56,401 nt of DNA from an uncultured archaeon. Its GTDB lineage: Archaea; Asgardarchaeota; Thorarchaeia; Thorarchaeales; Thorarchaeaceae. The stretch lies in assembly GCA_964458565.1 (NCBI GenBank), contig CAYWJO010000019.1:1-56401 (forward strand). Reading direction: 5' to 3'. This document shows, one piece after another, positions 21,479 through 30,843 of this stretch. The stretch's first letter is position 1. The number at the start of each line of letters is the position of its first letter. Position numbers and translations under genes: made by a program. The notes under the pieces are model-generated. The model saw nothing but the letters and a program-made list of their open reading frames with translations. It had not been told where the DNA came from and did not search any database.

Positions 21479-21656
21479 GATAATCTGCTCAATGGATTAG
21501 TTGCACATTGGGGATTTTATTCTTTGTGACAGGGGAAAAAAATGCATATTTTTCAAATATCGAGCATCTCTTCTTTTTTTGGAAAACCATTAGCCTTTTT
21601 AACATACTTTAAGTTGAAGACACAAGGAATGCGCATTTCCTCAGAGGCGGACCTGT

Positions 21657-23873
21657 GTGAGTACGCTCAAAGAATTGGAAATGGAGAGAATATCTCCGCG
21701 TTTATTGGAAGTATTGAGAAGACAGGGTCTTTCATATCTGACTCAGTTTCAACAGAATGCCGTAGAAGGAAGAATCATGCAAGGCCGCAGTCAGATTCTT
21801 GTCACCCATGATTTTGACGAGGCATATCAGATAGCTGAGATTGCTCTTCTCAATATAGTAGCGTCTGATTTCAGGTCTAAAATCGTGATTCTCTGTCCGA
21901 ATCGACATCATGTAGAAAAACGATTGTATTCAATTGGTCATAAGTGTAGACGTCTCGGGATAGAAGTGACATCTCTTACACAAAAGAGGCATGCAATTGG
22001 AAGAGAAGTTCGAGCAGGTCGTGTAATCATAGGAACGTATAGCTCCTTAGATATAGCATTAAGGACAAACCCGCAGATGTTCGAGGGCTTACAGGGAGTA
22101 CTTGTTGATCGTCTTGACTTAATAGGTCAACCAGGCATTGGCGCTAGACTTGAGAGTGTTCTTGTGACAGTAATGGGGTCTGAGGAAGATATTCAATATG
22201 TTTCAATCTGTCCTTCAGTTGAGGATCTTGATGAGTTGAGTTCATGGATGGATGCAGCGATTATTGAGGATCCTAAGGAAGATATCAGGAGAATCTATAG
22301 TGTCAAAGATTTCAGTAATATGTATGATTCACTAACTGAGCTAACAGAGTTTGTACATTTTCAGAGAGGCCAGATAATCATCTTATGTTCGAATATAGAT
22401 AGATGCGAAAAGATAGCTGCGGATTTAGCGGGTATCGGAGATGAAAAACACCCAAAGCTTGACCTGAGACTCACACCAGAACAGCGTGACGATTTGAGGG
22501 AAATATCTAGTGATGTTATGAAACATTTCATCAAATCAGAATTAACAACTAGACTTGCTCTTCATATATCAAGAGGCGTGACCTTTATCCACGAAGGGGT
22601 TTCAAGGTCACAAAGGCGAGTTATCTCTTCTGCATGGGAAGAGGGAGTCATCCCGGTTATGATTATGCCAACACGGTTTGCGATTGCTAGCGGATTCAGA
22701 GCCACAGTTGTGTTTTTGATTGGTGTTTTCACTCAGGAAGTAGGGGATGACCTCTCGGAGACTACAGATCTGAGAATGCTCTCTGAGTGGCAATTAAGCG
22801 ATGTGTTAAACTCTTCAGGAAGAAGGGGTCATGATAATGAAGCTTATGGCATCGTTGTTGTAGACAAGGAGATTGAGAAACAACGAGTCATTGCAAAATA
22901 TTTTCGAACTAATCGAGATGGAAGTATTAGTCCTATTCTTGGAGAAGTAGATAGTCTAATGGACAACCCTCTGAATCTTCAAGATCTAGCTTTAGTTTCA
23001 CTTTGCGGCAAAGGCAGAAGGACGGAGAGCTTGTTCAGTGTGATAGACCGCACATATTGGGCAGCAGGGCATCATATGAGCAGATTATCTGATAGTGACT
23101 TACTTCCCGCTGATGATACATCTGTTGACGACTTGATATCCATGAGAGCAACAAAGGCTACGATTAAGAGAGCTGAAGAAATCCCAGATAAATCTGTGAA
23201 ACTCGTTTCCGTTACTCCAACCAAGATAGCAGGTCTGATCAGAAGTAGTAGTAGAGAATTATGGCATTATGTCGTCTTGAAGTCCGAAGAAGGAGTGTCC
23301 TGTTCCTGTGAGTCATGGAAATATCAAGGACTCCGAAAACATAGACTTTGTAAACATCTTGTTAAATTTGCAGACTATTCTATTGATAATGTTGACTCAA
23401 AACCATATGCATTATCAGTCCTTAGAACTGCTCTTTGGGGATTGGAGATAGTAGGGGAATTGGATAAGGACGACCTTCTCCAGCCTGAAGGAAAAACTAT
23501 GAGGTGCACCAAAATGGGCAGCAAAGTTGCGATGTTGGGAATACCTGTGAAGGAAGCAAGAACCATACTGAAAGAGATTTCTAATAAAAATAAAAACTCG
23601 AAATCAATGCTAAGCTCAATCATCAATACGAATAGAGGATTGCCAAAGAGAATTATTCAATATGTCCTCGATTCAGTTCCTGTTAATCGCATCGAAGATT
23701 TGTTAATAGATGGAGAAGTAGCGCCAGGAATAGTAGAAAATTGTATTGATGAGATTCTCTATTCTTTGGATATGATATTGACTCTGGAAGATGGAGTATT
23801 AGAAAAGAAAGTAAGGAAGGAGTTCGAGAAACTACAAGAAAATATACGTTCGATTGTTGTGTCAGTCAGCTAA
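21657..23873 (+). CDS. Hel308/Ski2-like helicase paralog with degenerate motifs and a SWIM zinc finger
   Basis: Helicase-like scaffold (LTQFQ, RGVTFIHEGV); SWIM motif CSCESW...LCKH; Walker A and B degenerate. Confidence 0.8.
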   Translation: MSTLKELEMERISPRLLEVLRRQGLSYLTQFQQNAVEGRIMQGRSQILVTHDFDEAYQIAEIALLNIVASDFRSKIVILCPNRHHVEKRLYSIGHKCRRLGIEVTSLTQKRHAIGREVRAGRVIIGTYSSLDIALRTNPQMFEGLQGVLVDRLDLIGQPGIGARLESVLVTVMGSEEDIQYVSICPSVEDLDELSSWMDAAIIEDPKEDIRRIYSVKDFSNMYDSLTELTEFVHFQRGQIIILCSNIDRCEKIAADLAGIGDEKHPKLDLRLTPEQRDDLREISSDVMKHFIKSELTTRLALHISRGVTFIHEGVSRSQRRVISSAWEEGVIPVMIMPTRFAIASGFRATVVFLIGVFTQEVGDDLSETTDLRMLSEWQLSDVLNSSGRRGHDNEAYGIVVVDKEIEKQRVIAKYFRTNRDGSISPILGEVDSLMDNPLNLQDLALVSLCGKGRRTESLFSVIDRTYWAAGHHMSRLSDSDLLPADDTSVDDLISMRATKATIKRAEEIPDKSVKLVSVTPTKIAGLIRSSSRELWHYVVLKSEEGVSCSCESWKYQGLRKHRLCKHLVKFADYSIDNVDSKPYALSVLRTALWGLEIVGELDKDDLLQPEGKTMRCTKMGSKVAMLGIPVKEARTILKEISNKNKNSKSMLSSIINTNRGLPKRIIQYVLDSVPVNRIEDLLIDGEVAPGIVENCIDEILYSLDMILTLEDGVLEKKVRKEFEKLQENIRSIVVSVS

Positions 23874-23930
23874 CCTTTTATGGATGCTATTTGTCCCGAG
23901 CCCAAGTAGTCAAACTAGTTATCTCAATCC

Positions 23931-25088
23931 ATGGTGAGAATTATGAAACTGTTTGAGCATGAAGCAAAAGATATCTTCCGTCAGTTTGGGATGCCTACAC
24001 CACCAGGAGGTGTAGCAAGAACCCCAGAAGAAGCAGAGAAAAAGGCCGCAGAGGTTGGAAAACCTGTTGTAGTAAAAGCGCAGGTTCTTAGTGGCAAAAG
24101 AGGAAAAGCTGGGGGCGTCAAGTTTGCAGACTCCCCAAGGGATGCAGCTGAAATGGCAAAAGAAATTCTTACTATGAGAATCAACGATCTACCTGTAGAG
24201 TCAGTACTGATTGAAGAAAAACTGGATATCGAACAGGAAATCTATGTAGGAATAACAATTGACAGAAATGAACGTAAGTATGTTGTCATTGGCAGTGCAG
24301 CTGGAGGCATGTCAATTGAAGAACTCGCAGAGGAGAGTCCAGAGAAAATAATCAAGATGTATGTAGATCCAAATCTTGGTTTCAGTCCCTATGAATCCCG
24401 GGACATGGCGATTGCGATGGGTTTTGAAGGAAAACAGATTCAGACTCTCTCAGGATTCTTTGTAAAACTGTGGCAAATCGTGAAAGCATATGATGTAGAA
24501 CTGACAGAAATTAATCCCCTAATTTTATCCAAAGATGGCAGGTTCTTAGCAGCGGATGCTCGTTTGAATATTGATGATAATGCACTCTACAGACACAAGA
24601 AGATAATGGAGAATATCAAACGAGATCCAGTGGAACAAAATGAGAGAGAGCAACTTGCATCAGACAATGACATGGCATATGTTGAACTTGACGGAAATAT
24701 AGCTTGCATATGTAATGGAGCAGGACTCACAATGGCAACACTTGATGCAGTAGAACTTCATGGTGGAAAAGCAAGTACGTTTCTAGACCTAGGAGGCGGC
24801 GCTGATGCAGCACGCGTTGAGAAAGGGATTGAGATTGCTCTGATGTATCCCAAGGTGCAAGCCATTCTTGTAAACATCATGGCAGGGATTACGCGTTGTG
24901 ATGAGGTAGCAAAAGGAATCTTGAAAGCACGTAATGATGGTGATATCACCGTTCCGCTGGTTATCAGAATGGTTGGAACCAATGAAGAAGAAGGCCAGAG
25001 ATTGCTGACGGAGGCAGGAATCCCATTTCTGAGCACAATGGAAGAAGCAGCAGGGAAAGTTGTTGAGATTGTCAAGGAGGCAAAATAG
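23931..25088 (+). CDS. sucC: Succinyl-CoA synthetase beta subunit
   Basis: KAQVLSGKRGKAGGV, EINPL, NGAGLTMATLD, FLDLGGG. Confidence 0.96.
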   Translation: MVRIMKLFEHEAKDIFRQFGMPTPPGGVARTPEEAEKKAAEVGKPVVVKAQVLSGKRGKAGGVKFADSPRDAAEMAKEILTMRINDLPVESVLIEEKLDIEQEIYVGITIDRNERKYVVIGSAAGGMSIEELAEESPEKIIKMYVDPNLGFSPYESRDMAIAMGFEGKQIQTLSGFFVKLWQIVKAYDVELTEINPLILSKDGRFLAADARLNIDDNALYRHKKIMENIKRDPVEQNEREQLASDNDMAYVELDGNIACICNGAGLTMATLDAVELHGGKASTFLDLGGGADAARVEKGIEIALMYPKVQAILVNIMAGITRCDEVAKGILKARNDGDITVPLVIRMVGTNEEEGQRLLTEAGIPFLSTMEEAAGKVVEIVKEAK

Positions 25089-25958
25089 ATGGTAGTGCTT
25101 GTTGACAAAGACACACGTGTAATCATCCAAGGGATAACAGGTGGACAGGGAACCTTTCATTCCGGTGCTATGAAAGAATATGGGACCAAAGTAGTTGCAG
25201 GAGTCACTCCTGGAAAAGGAGGACAGGAAGTTCATGGAATTCCCGTTTATGACAGTGTCATTGAAGCAAAGAAGGTAGAAGATGTTACAGCATCTGTGAT
25301 ATTTGTTCCAGCTCCGTTTGCAGGAGATGCAGCCCTTGAGGCGATTGCAGCGGATCTGAATCCAGTTGTTGTGATTACAGAACATGTCCCTGTGCAAGAC
25401 GAGATTACATTGATTCATACGGCAAAGAACAAAGGAATCACTGTGATAGGCCCGAATACACCAGGGATAATCAGTCCAGGACCAAGACAAAAACTTGGCA
25501 TCATGCCGGGTCATGTCTTTGCAGATGGAAAAGTTGGATTGATGTCCAGAAGTGGTACGCTCACGTACGAAATAGCAGCTGGAATGACAAATGCAGGTAT
25601 TGGAATATCAACAGCGATTGGACTTGGTGGAGACCCCTGTGTAGGACTTACCACAATCGAGGCAGTCAAACTCTTTGAACAGGATAAGGATACAAAAGCC
25701 CTTGTTATCGTTGGAGAGATTGGTGGTGATGCCGAGGAGAGAGCTGCAGCATATATCAAGGACAATGTCGATTTACCCACAGTTGCATTTATCGCAGGAA
25801 GAACAGCCCCACCAGGTAAGAGGATGGGACACGCAGGTGCAATCATCAGTGGGAGTAGTGGTACTGCAGATGCTAAAATCAAGGCATTCAAGGATGCAGG
25901 AATTTCTGTAGCTGAGAAGGCAAGTGATATTGCTCGATTACTGAAAGAAGTATTATAG
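25089..25958 (+). CDS. sucD: Succinyl-CoA synthetase alpha subunit
   Basis: QGITG, GVTPGKGG, SRSGTLTYE, RMGHAGA (phospho-His). Confidence 0.97.
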   Translation: MVVLVDKDTRVIIQGITGGQGTFHSGAMKEYGTKVVAGVTPGKGGQEVHGIPVYDSVIEAKKVEDVTASVIFVPAPFAGDAALEAIAADLNPVVVITEHVPVQDEITLIHTAKNKGITVIGPNTPGIISPGPRQKLGIMPGHVFADGKVGLMSRSGTLTYEIAAGMTNAGIGISTAIGLGGDPCVGLTTIEAVKLFEQDKDTKALVIVGEIGGDAEERAAAYIKDNVDLPTVAFIAGRTAPPGKRMGHAGAIISGSSGTADAKIKAFKDAGISVAEKASDIARLLKEVL

Positions 25959-25992
25959 GATAGACCCAGGAATGATATTAGCCCTTCATGAG

Positions 25993-26012
25993 GGAGGGCA
26001 TCCTCCTTTTTT
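25993..26012 (+). terminator. Hairpin plus T-tract after sucD
   Basis: GGAGG-GCAT-CCTCC followed by TTTTTT. Confidence 0.55.
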
Positions 26013-26138
26013 GATGAGTGTGCTGTATGTCAGGTCTACAAAGTTATAGCAATATCTTTAAAACAAAAGCCGAGAGGGTTGGCTCCGCGGGCACACTAGA
26101 AGCTAAATATCCGCAGTCAACAATATGAGGTCTAAAAG

Positions 26139-26297
26139 ATGCCAGTTGCAGACATTGAGAAAAGACGACTTGCACAGCACTACCTTCTATACAAGTCAAT
26201 ATGTCGTACATGTGGAGCGACTAATCCACTCAAGGCAAAGAAGTGTAGAAAGTGCAAGAACAAGGACCTCAGACCGAAGAGGCGGAAGCGACAGTAG
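26139..26297 (+). CDS. rpl40e: 50S ribosomal protein L40e (52 aa; not in the ORF track)
   Basis: MPVADIEKRRLAQHYLLYKSICRTCGATNPLKAKKCRKCKNKDLRPKRRKRQ; SD GAGGT. Confidence 0.95.
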   Translation: MPVADIEKRRLAQHYLLYKSICRTCGATNPLKAKKCRKCKNKDLRPKRRKRQ

Positions 26298-26317
26298 GCT
26301 AGTTAGTAAAAAGCCCT

Positions 26318-26423
26318 GGGCCGGTGGTCTAGTGGCTATGACGTCGCCTTCACACGGCGAAGGTCGCGTGATTCATTGTCGTATCGACATTGAACGCGAA
26401 TTCGATCCACGCCCGGCCCACCA
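26318..26423 (+). tRNA. tRNA-Val(CAC) with a 30-nt non-canonical intron at 53/54 (26371-26400); CCA encoded
   Basis: GGGCCGG/CCGGCCC acceptor stem; TCGCC-TTCACAC-GGCGA anticodon arm; the GCGTG-TTCGATC-CACGC T arm forms once the intron is removed; BHB motif. Confidence 0.93.
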
Positions 26424-26443
26424 AATACCAAGGAGCAAGAGAG

Positions 26444-26659
26444 ATGCCAAAACAAATCTATGACGTCGAAAAATTTGTTGAAATGAGCGAAGATGCTGAA
26501 GAGTGTCGAGTTAAGAGAGGGGCAGATCAGGTCAAGCTCAAGCTCCGGACAAAGAAGTATCTCTATACACTCATTATAGAACCTAGAGAAGCAGAAACAA
26601 TCCTGGAACGTTTGAAGTGCCAAATTATAGAAGCACGTCCTGAAACTGAAGAAAGCTAG
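26444..26659 (+). CDS. rpl38e: Ribosomal protein L38e
   Basis: MPKQI.D...F...VKLKLRTKKYLYTL; SD AGGAG; true start ATG 26444. Confidence 0.92.
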   Translation: MPKQIYDVEKFVEMSEDAEECRVKRGADQVKLKLRTKKYLYTLIIEPREAETILERLKCQIIEARPETEES

Positions 26660-27924
26660 ATTTCCACGATGTCATTCCTATCAGGTACGTTTGCTTTGCG
26701 TCCCTTTTTCTCAAGTTTCTCAGCCAATTTATCACATGATTCTGATTCACCATGCACTATGTGGAATTCCGGGTTTCCTGGAACTCGCATCAAGAGATCC
26801 ATCAGTCCTTTTGAATCAGAATGACTGCTAAGATGATGATATCGTAAATCAGCTTCAACTTCATAAACTCTTTGATTAATTGTTACCTTCTTCTTTGCTA
26901 AGAGCTCTGCTCCAGGTGTTCCGGGAACCTGAAAACTGACTAAAACAATGGTATTTCGTGGATTATTGTAAAGTTTTTTGAAGTAGATATGTGAAGCGCC
27001 ACCCTTTAGCATTCCAGCGGGTGAGATAATGATGCCCGGCTTTTTCGATGCATTTTCACGGTCACGATTATCTTGTATTTGATGAACTCTGCCAACCGCT
27101 CTTTCAAAAGTCTGTGGACTGGCGATGTAGCTGGGATGTCTGGCAACAATGTCATTTACTTTTCTGGCTAGACCATCTACATAAATTGGATACTTCATAG
27201 GTATATTGTATTCCTGTAAGATGCACATGATTTCCTGACTGCGACCAACAGCAAATGCAGGTATTAGAACAGTGCCCTTACGTTCTAATGTTTCAAGTAC
27301 AGTTTGGACAAGCTGTTCCTCAATATCTTCACGTACAGGATTGATTCTTCGAGCATATGTACTCTCAGTGACAACAACATCATGTTTTGGAAGATTCTTA
27401 CGTACTCCAGCATGAAGACGAGATTCACTGGCATTGAAGTCACCAGTGAAAAGAACCCTCTTCCCATTTATTCGGAGAGAAACCATTGCACTGCCAGGTA
27501 TATGTCCAGCATTAAAGAACGTCATTTCGAACTTTCGGCCTAGTGGTATTGTTTCTTCATAAGCAGTTGACTGACATTGTCTACGCACTCTAGCAATGTC
27601 ATTATTGGTGAAGGGAACTCGTCCTCCGGATATCTTATACATATCACGAAGAAGTAGCATAGTCAGGTCTCTTGTTGCAGGAGTACAGAATAGAGAGATT
27701 GAATCAGACTCAGCTAGTACACGAGGAATTCCTCCAGAGTGATCCAAATGAGCATGCGTGATTGCCACACCTTGTAGATTGTCTGTGGAGATAGGATCTG
27801 GAAATGTCGGAGGATTTGAAAATTTCGTGCCATAATCTACTAAGAAACTCTCGTCTTGCTCTTCTACGAGAAATCCAGACCGACCAATTTCGCGACATGA
27901 TCCTAGGAAAGTGAGTTGAGTCAT
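26656..27924 (-). CDS. Beta-CASP metallo-beta-lactamase ribonuclease (no KH domains)
   Basis: THAHLDHSG, AGHIPGS, TGD, ESTY, AVGRSQE, SSHSD, VHGE. Confidence 0.92.
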   Translation of the reverse strand: MTQLTFLGSCREIGRSGFLVEEQDESFLVDYGTKFSNPPTFPDPISTDNLQGVAITHAHLDHSGGIPRVLAESDSISLFCTPATRDLTMLLLRDMYKISGGRVPFTNNDIARVRRQCQSTAYEETIPLGRKFEMTFFNAGHIPGSAMVSLRINGKRVLFTGDFNASESRLHAGVRKNLPKHDVVVTESTYARRINPVREDIEEQLVQTVLETLERKGTVLIPAFAVGRSQEIMCILQEYNIPMKYPIYVDGLARKVNDIVARHPSYIASPQTFERAVGRVHQIQDNRDRENASKKPGIIISPAGMLKGGASHIYFKKLYNNPRNTIVLVSFQVPGTPGAELLAKKKVTINQRVYEVEADLRYHHLSSHSDSKGLMDLLMRVPGNPEFHIVHGESESCDKLAEKLEKKGRKANVPDRNDIVEI

Positions 27925-28080
27925 CTATGGTTACATCCGTTACGTACAGAGTTCGATTCTGTGAAAAAGGTTGTGAAGAATACCCAAACCTGAGTACGTA
28001 CAGAAAAACGAAATCTATATCAGATGCGTTCAGCTGCTGTATAGCGTTAAACTAGCTGCGGCTAGCGGAGTGACTTCGGG

Positions 28081-28377
28081 TTGACGGAGGAGAAGACAGA
28101 CATCCATACAACAGATTCAGTTATCTTGGTTGGAAACAAGAACGTCATGTCGTATGTTCTTGCGTGTGTGACTCTTTTCAACAAAGGTGCTGAAGAAGTA
28201 GTAATCAAAGCGAGAGGGCGTCTTATCAGTCGAGCCGTAGATGTTGCAGAGATAACTCGTCATAGGTTCGTCACAGAACTAAAGGTCAAGACTATTGAAA
28301 TAGGAACAACCACGGTTCAGACCGACAAAGGTAGCGACCTTAACGTATCCACGATTGACATCACACTGACAAAATAA
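28081..28377 (+). CDS. albA: DNA/RNA-binding protein Alba
   Basis: [32 protein letters not shown]. Confidence 0.95.
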   Translation: MTEEKTDIHTTDSVILVGNKNVMSYVLACVTLFNKGAEEVVIKARGRLISRAVDVAEITRHRFVTELKVKTIEIGTTTVQTDKGSDLNVSTIDITLTK

Positions 28378-28451
28378 TATGAGGTATCTATTTATCATCC
28401 CTCGCTCGAAGGCACCGGTAGACCGGAGCCAAAATTGGCGAGGATAAAAAG

Positions 28452-29039
28452 ATGCGACTGCCTGTATGCAATTTCGATATTGAATCAAACATGCTCTGCC
28501 CTAATTGTCAAGAGCGATTAGATAATGGCGAGATAACCAAATTTGACGTTGAATTTAGCAGGTGGATTCTCAATAAAGAGAAAGAATATGAGTCACTTGT
28601 TGATTTACACCTTCTAAGAGCTATCAAGGTAACTGGTTATCTCATTTTAATTGTCAGAAAAAGACAAGAACCCATTCTGAAAACCAACGTAGATTTAATG
28701 GAGGAGATACGTAACGAGTTTGGAGAAGTATTGATCTTTGAGGGTCCAGCAAAATTACGAAACGTCGTAAGAGCGCTGATTTCTCCATCTGTTGAGATAG
28801 GTGTTAATAGTCTGTATCTCCCTAATGGAATAAAAGAAAGCATAGTAATGCTACGAGATGAAGATAGGAAAAGGATTCATTTCACAACAGATGAACTCCG
28901 GAAGATTGTAAGCACCGTAATGAGTGAATCAGTCTTGTTTGAATATCAAGGAGACAGAAAAAAGGAAGATGGAACAGCTCCTGATGAATTTGATGTGAGA
29001 ATGAAGGAGATGGAACAAAAATCTAGACGAATGCGTTAG
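28452..29039 (+). CDS. Archaeal NusA-like protein with N-terminal Cys cluster
   Basis: PVC.FD..S..LCPNCQ..LD.GEIT..DVE N-terminus; typical neighbour of alba. Confidence 0.65.
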   Translation: MRLPVCNFDIESNMLCPNCQERLDNGEITKFDVEFSRWILNKEKEYESLVDLHLLRAIKVTGYLILIVRKRQEPILKTNVDLMEEIRNEFGEVLIFEGPAKLRNVVRALISPSVEIGVNSLYLPNGIKESIVMLRDEDRKRIHFTTDELRKIVSTVMSESVLFEYQGDRKKEDGTAPDEFDVRMKEMEQKSRRMR

Positions 29040-29040
29040 T

Positions 29041-30375
29041 CTATATCCGATTGATTGGTTCATTTCGCATAATCTCTCTCATTACCACAGTTGCATAAGA
29101 GCCCTTTCTCAAACTAAATTTTATCAAAATTCCTTGGTCTGTAGATTCAGCTTCCCTCCCCTGAAGATCTATTGAGGAAAGATGGAGTCCTCCTGCAGAA
29201 TCCAAGTTTTTGTTCGTCGCATTTCTAAAATCAAGTAGGCGGATGCCTTCAGACTTCAGAATTTCACTAAGCATATCTGTTTGTTTTGAAGGCGGCAATT
29301 TTGTGGAATAACCGGGAACGGGACAAGCCACACCATACTCACTAGCTTGGACTCGTTCTATCATAGATTCAAGGTTTCGTTCGGTAACAAATATCCAAGA
29401 GTCTCTGCCAGAATGAGGGGCATCGAGCTGTATCAGGAAATCACCAGGAACAGGGAGGTTAATTGGAAGACCATTCGAAACACGCAAGCCTAGTAATCTG
29501 TTGAAGAGATAAGATTGGTATGCATGAATCATCAATGTCTGTATTCGTGGTAATATCGTTGATACTGCCCGTTCATAATCAGCTGGGTGTTTGATCAGAG
29601 ATGAAATGACACCTCGTTCATTCCGCAAATCTCTTGGAAAATCTGCTAGTATTTTCTCATTAAATTCAAAAGTCTCACCGATTCTTATCCGTAGGTCTGT
29701 TAGTTCTTCTGGTTCGTATTCATTCGTAGTTGTAAGCATGATTCTAACAGCACGCTCGTAATCATTGACTACCAAAGCCTTACCGATTAGATGCGTAGGG
29801 GGCCTAGTAATACCAAATCTCTGTACTCCGAAATAGTTCAAGAGAGGTTGATTTGCCAACTTTTGAGCAGTTGCAAGAGCCTCATCTTCATCTAGAATTA
29901 TATCAACCAAGTGTATTGTGAAGTTGTTTCCCCATAAATCACCAATTTGAACTGGATGACGTGTATAATGTGGTTCACTCAAATGGATACGATTGAGTTT
30001 CAGAGATTGTAATAACTGGTTGACTCGCGAAGGAACGGACATACGTTGCACAGTGATTGCTCGCTTATCCTTTAGACCAGCGTACGTAACCATTTGACGG
30101 GGTAATTTCAGTTCGGAGGCAAGGATGATTGTTACATCCATTGTTGTCAATCCAGACTTCTGAACGTTCATTGTGATGAAGCGATCACGTTCGCCAGAGG
30201 GTTCAAGAGAGGACGCCTGTGTAAAAGGTTCGATCTGAAGCCTAATTCTATCGGTAGTGATTTCTTCTACAATAAAATCTTCAACAGAGTTCTTGAGCCG
30301 CCCTCCGAGAGCAGGATTCTGAGTAGAATAAAATTCCATTCCTAAATCGACTTCAAGAGGGTGTCCTTTTTCCAA
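29041..30375 (-). CDS. truD: tRNA pseudouridine(13) synthase TruD/Pus7
   Basis: EDFIVEE, AGLKDKRAITVQ, GNNFTI, NYFGVQRFG, GSYATVVMRE. Confidence 0.95.
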   Translation of the reverse strand: MEKGHPLEVDLGMEFYSTQNPALGGRLKNSVEDFIVEEITTDRIRLQIEPFTQASSLEPSGERDRFITMNVQKSGLTTMDVTIILASELKLPRQMVTYAGLKDKRAITVQRMSVPSRVNQLLQSLKLNRIHLSEPHYTRHPVQIGDLWGNNFTIHLVDIILDEDEALATAQKLANQPLLNYFGVQRFGITRPPTHLIGKALVVNDYERAVRIMLTTTNEYEPEELTDLRIRIGETFEFNEKILADFPRDLRNERGVISSLIKHPADYERAVSTILPRIQTLMIHAYQSYLFNRLLGLRVSNGLPINLPVPGDFLIQLDAPHSGRDSWIFVTERNLESMIERVQASEYGVACPVPGYSTKLPPSKQTDMLSEILKSEGIRLLDFRNATNKNLDSAGGLHLSSIDLQGREAESTDQGILIKFSLRKGSYATVVMREIMRNEPINRI

Positions 30376-30385
30376 ACAAATGACC

Positions 30386-30757
30386 TCATAGCAATTTGAG
30401 TTGTCCAGTTACCTCATCAATCGTGTCTGCCTTTCCAGGACCAATTCCAATCACAGTCATGGTTCCAGGAGGTAATTCAGTCATTCCTGCATCACGAATT
30501 ATTGCTTGAGGCAAATCTCGATTGATTGCTACACGACGTAACTCCAAGAGCTCCTCTTCGGATGTGACTTTGACAACAACTTTCTTCTGACCCTCCCGCA
30601 GCCATGAGCGCCAAATGTCCTGTTTAGTGACCCGTGCTCGCTCTCCAGCTGAAACAGCTCCATGAGCGACTTGCACTGCTAACTTACCCTTGCTCATCCC
30701 TAAATCAGTCCGGACAGCTATCACCTGTTTATACTTAAAATCTCTAGCACGAATCAT
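30386..30757 (-). CDS. pth2: Peptidyl-tRNA hydrolase Pth2
   Basis: VRTDLGMSKGKLAVQVAH, IRDAGMTEL, GIGP. Confidence 0.96.
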   Translation of the reverse strand: MIRARDFKYKQVIAVRTDLGMSKGKLAVQVAHGAVSAGERARVTKQDIWRSWLREGQKKVVVKVTSEEELLELRRVAINRDLPQAIIRDAGMTELPPGTMTVIGIGPGKADTIDEVTGQLKLL

Positions 30758-30843
30758 TTGTATGCACCTGAATACGGCATCAAATCAGTATAGGTGAATG
30801 ATAAAAAGGGTGTCATATGTTTGTAAGATAGAGGTGTAATCAA

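Noticed and set aside
26125-26463. 112-aa ORF and the 26390 start of the L38e ORF
   Set aside because: Both overlap rpl40e and/or tRNA-Val; they are shadow frames.
28400-28443. SECIS-like GAA/A motif in the hairpin after alba
   Set aside because: No flanking gene has an in-frame TGA at a Cys-like position, and the lower stem does not abut the GAA/A motif.
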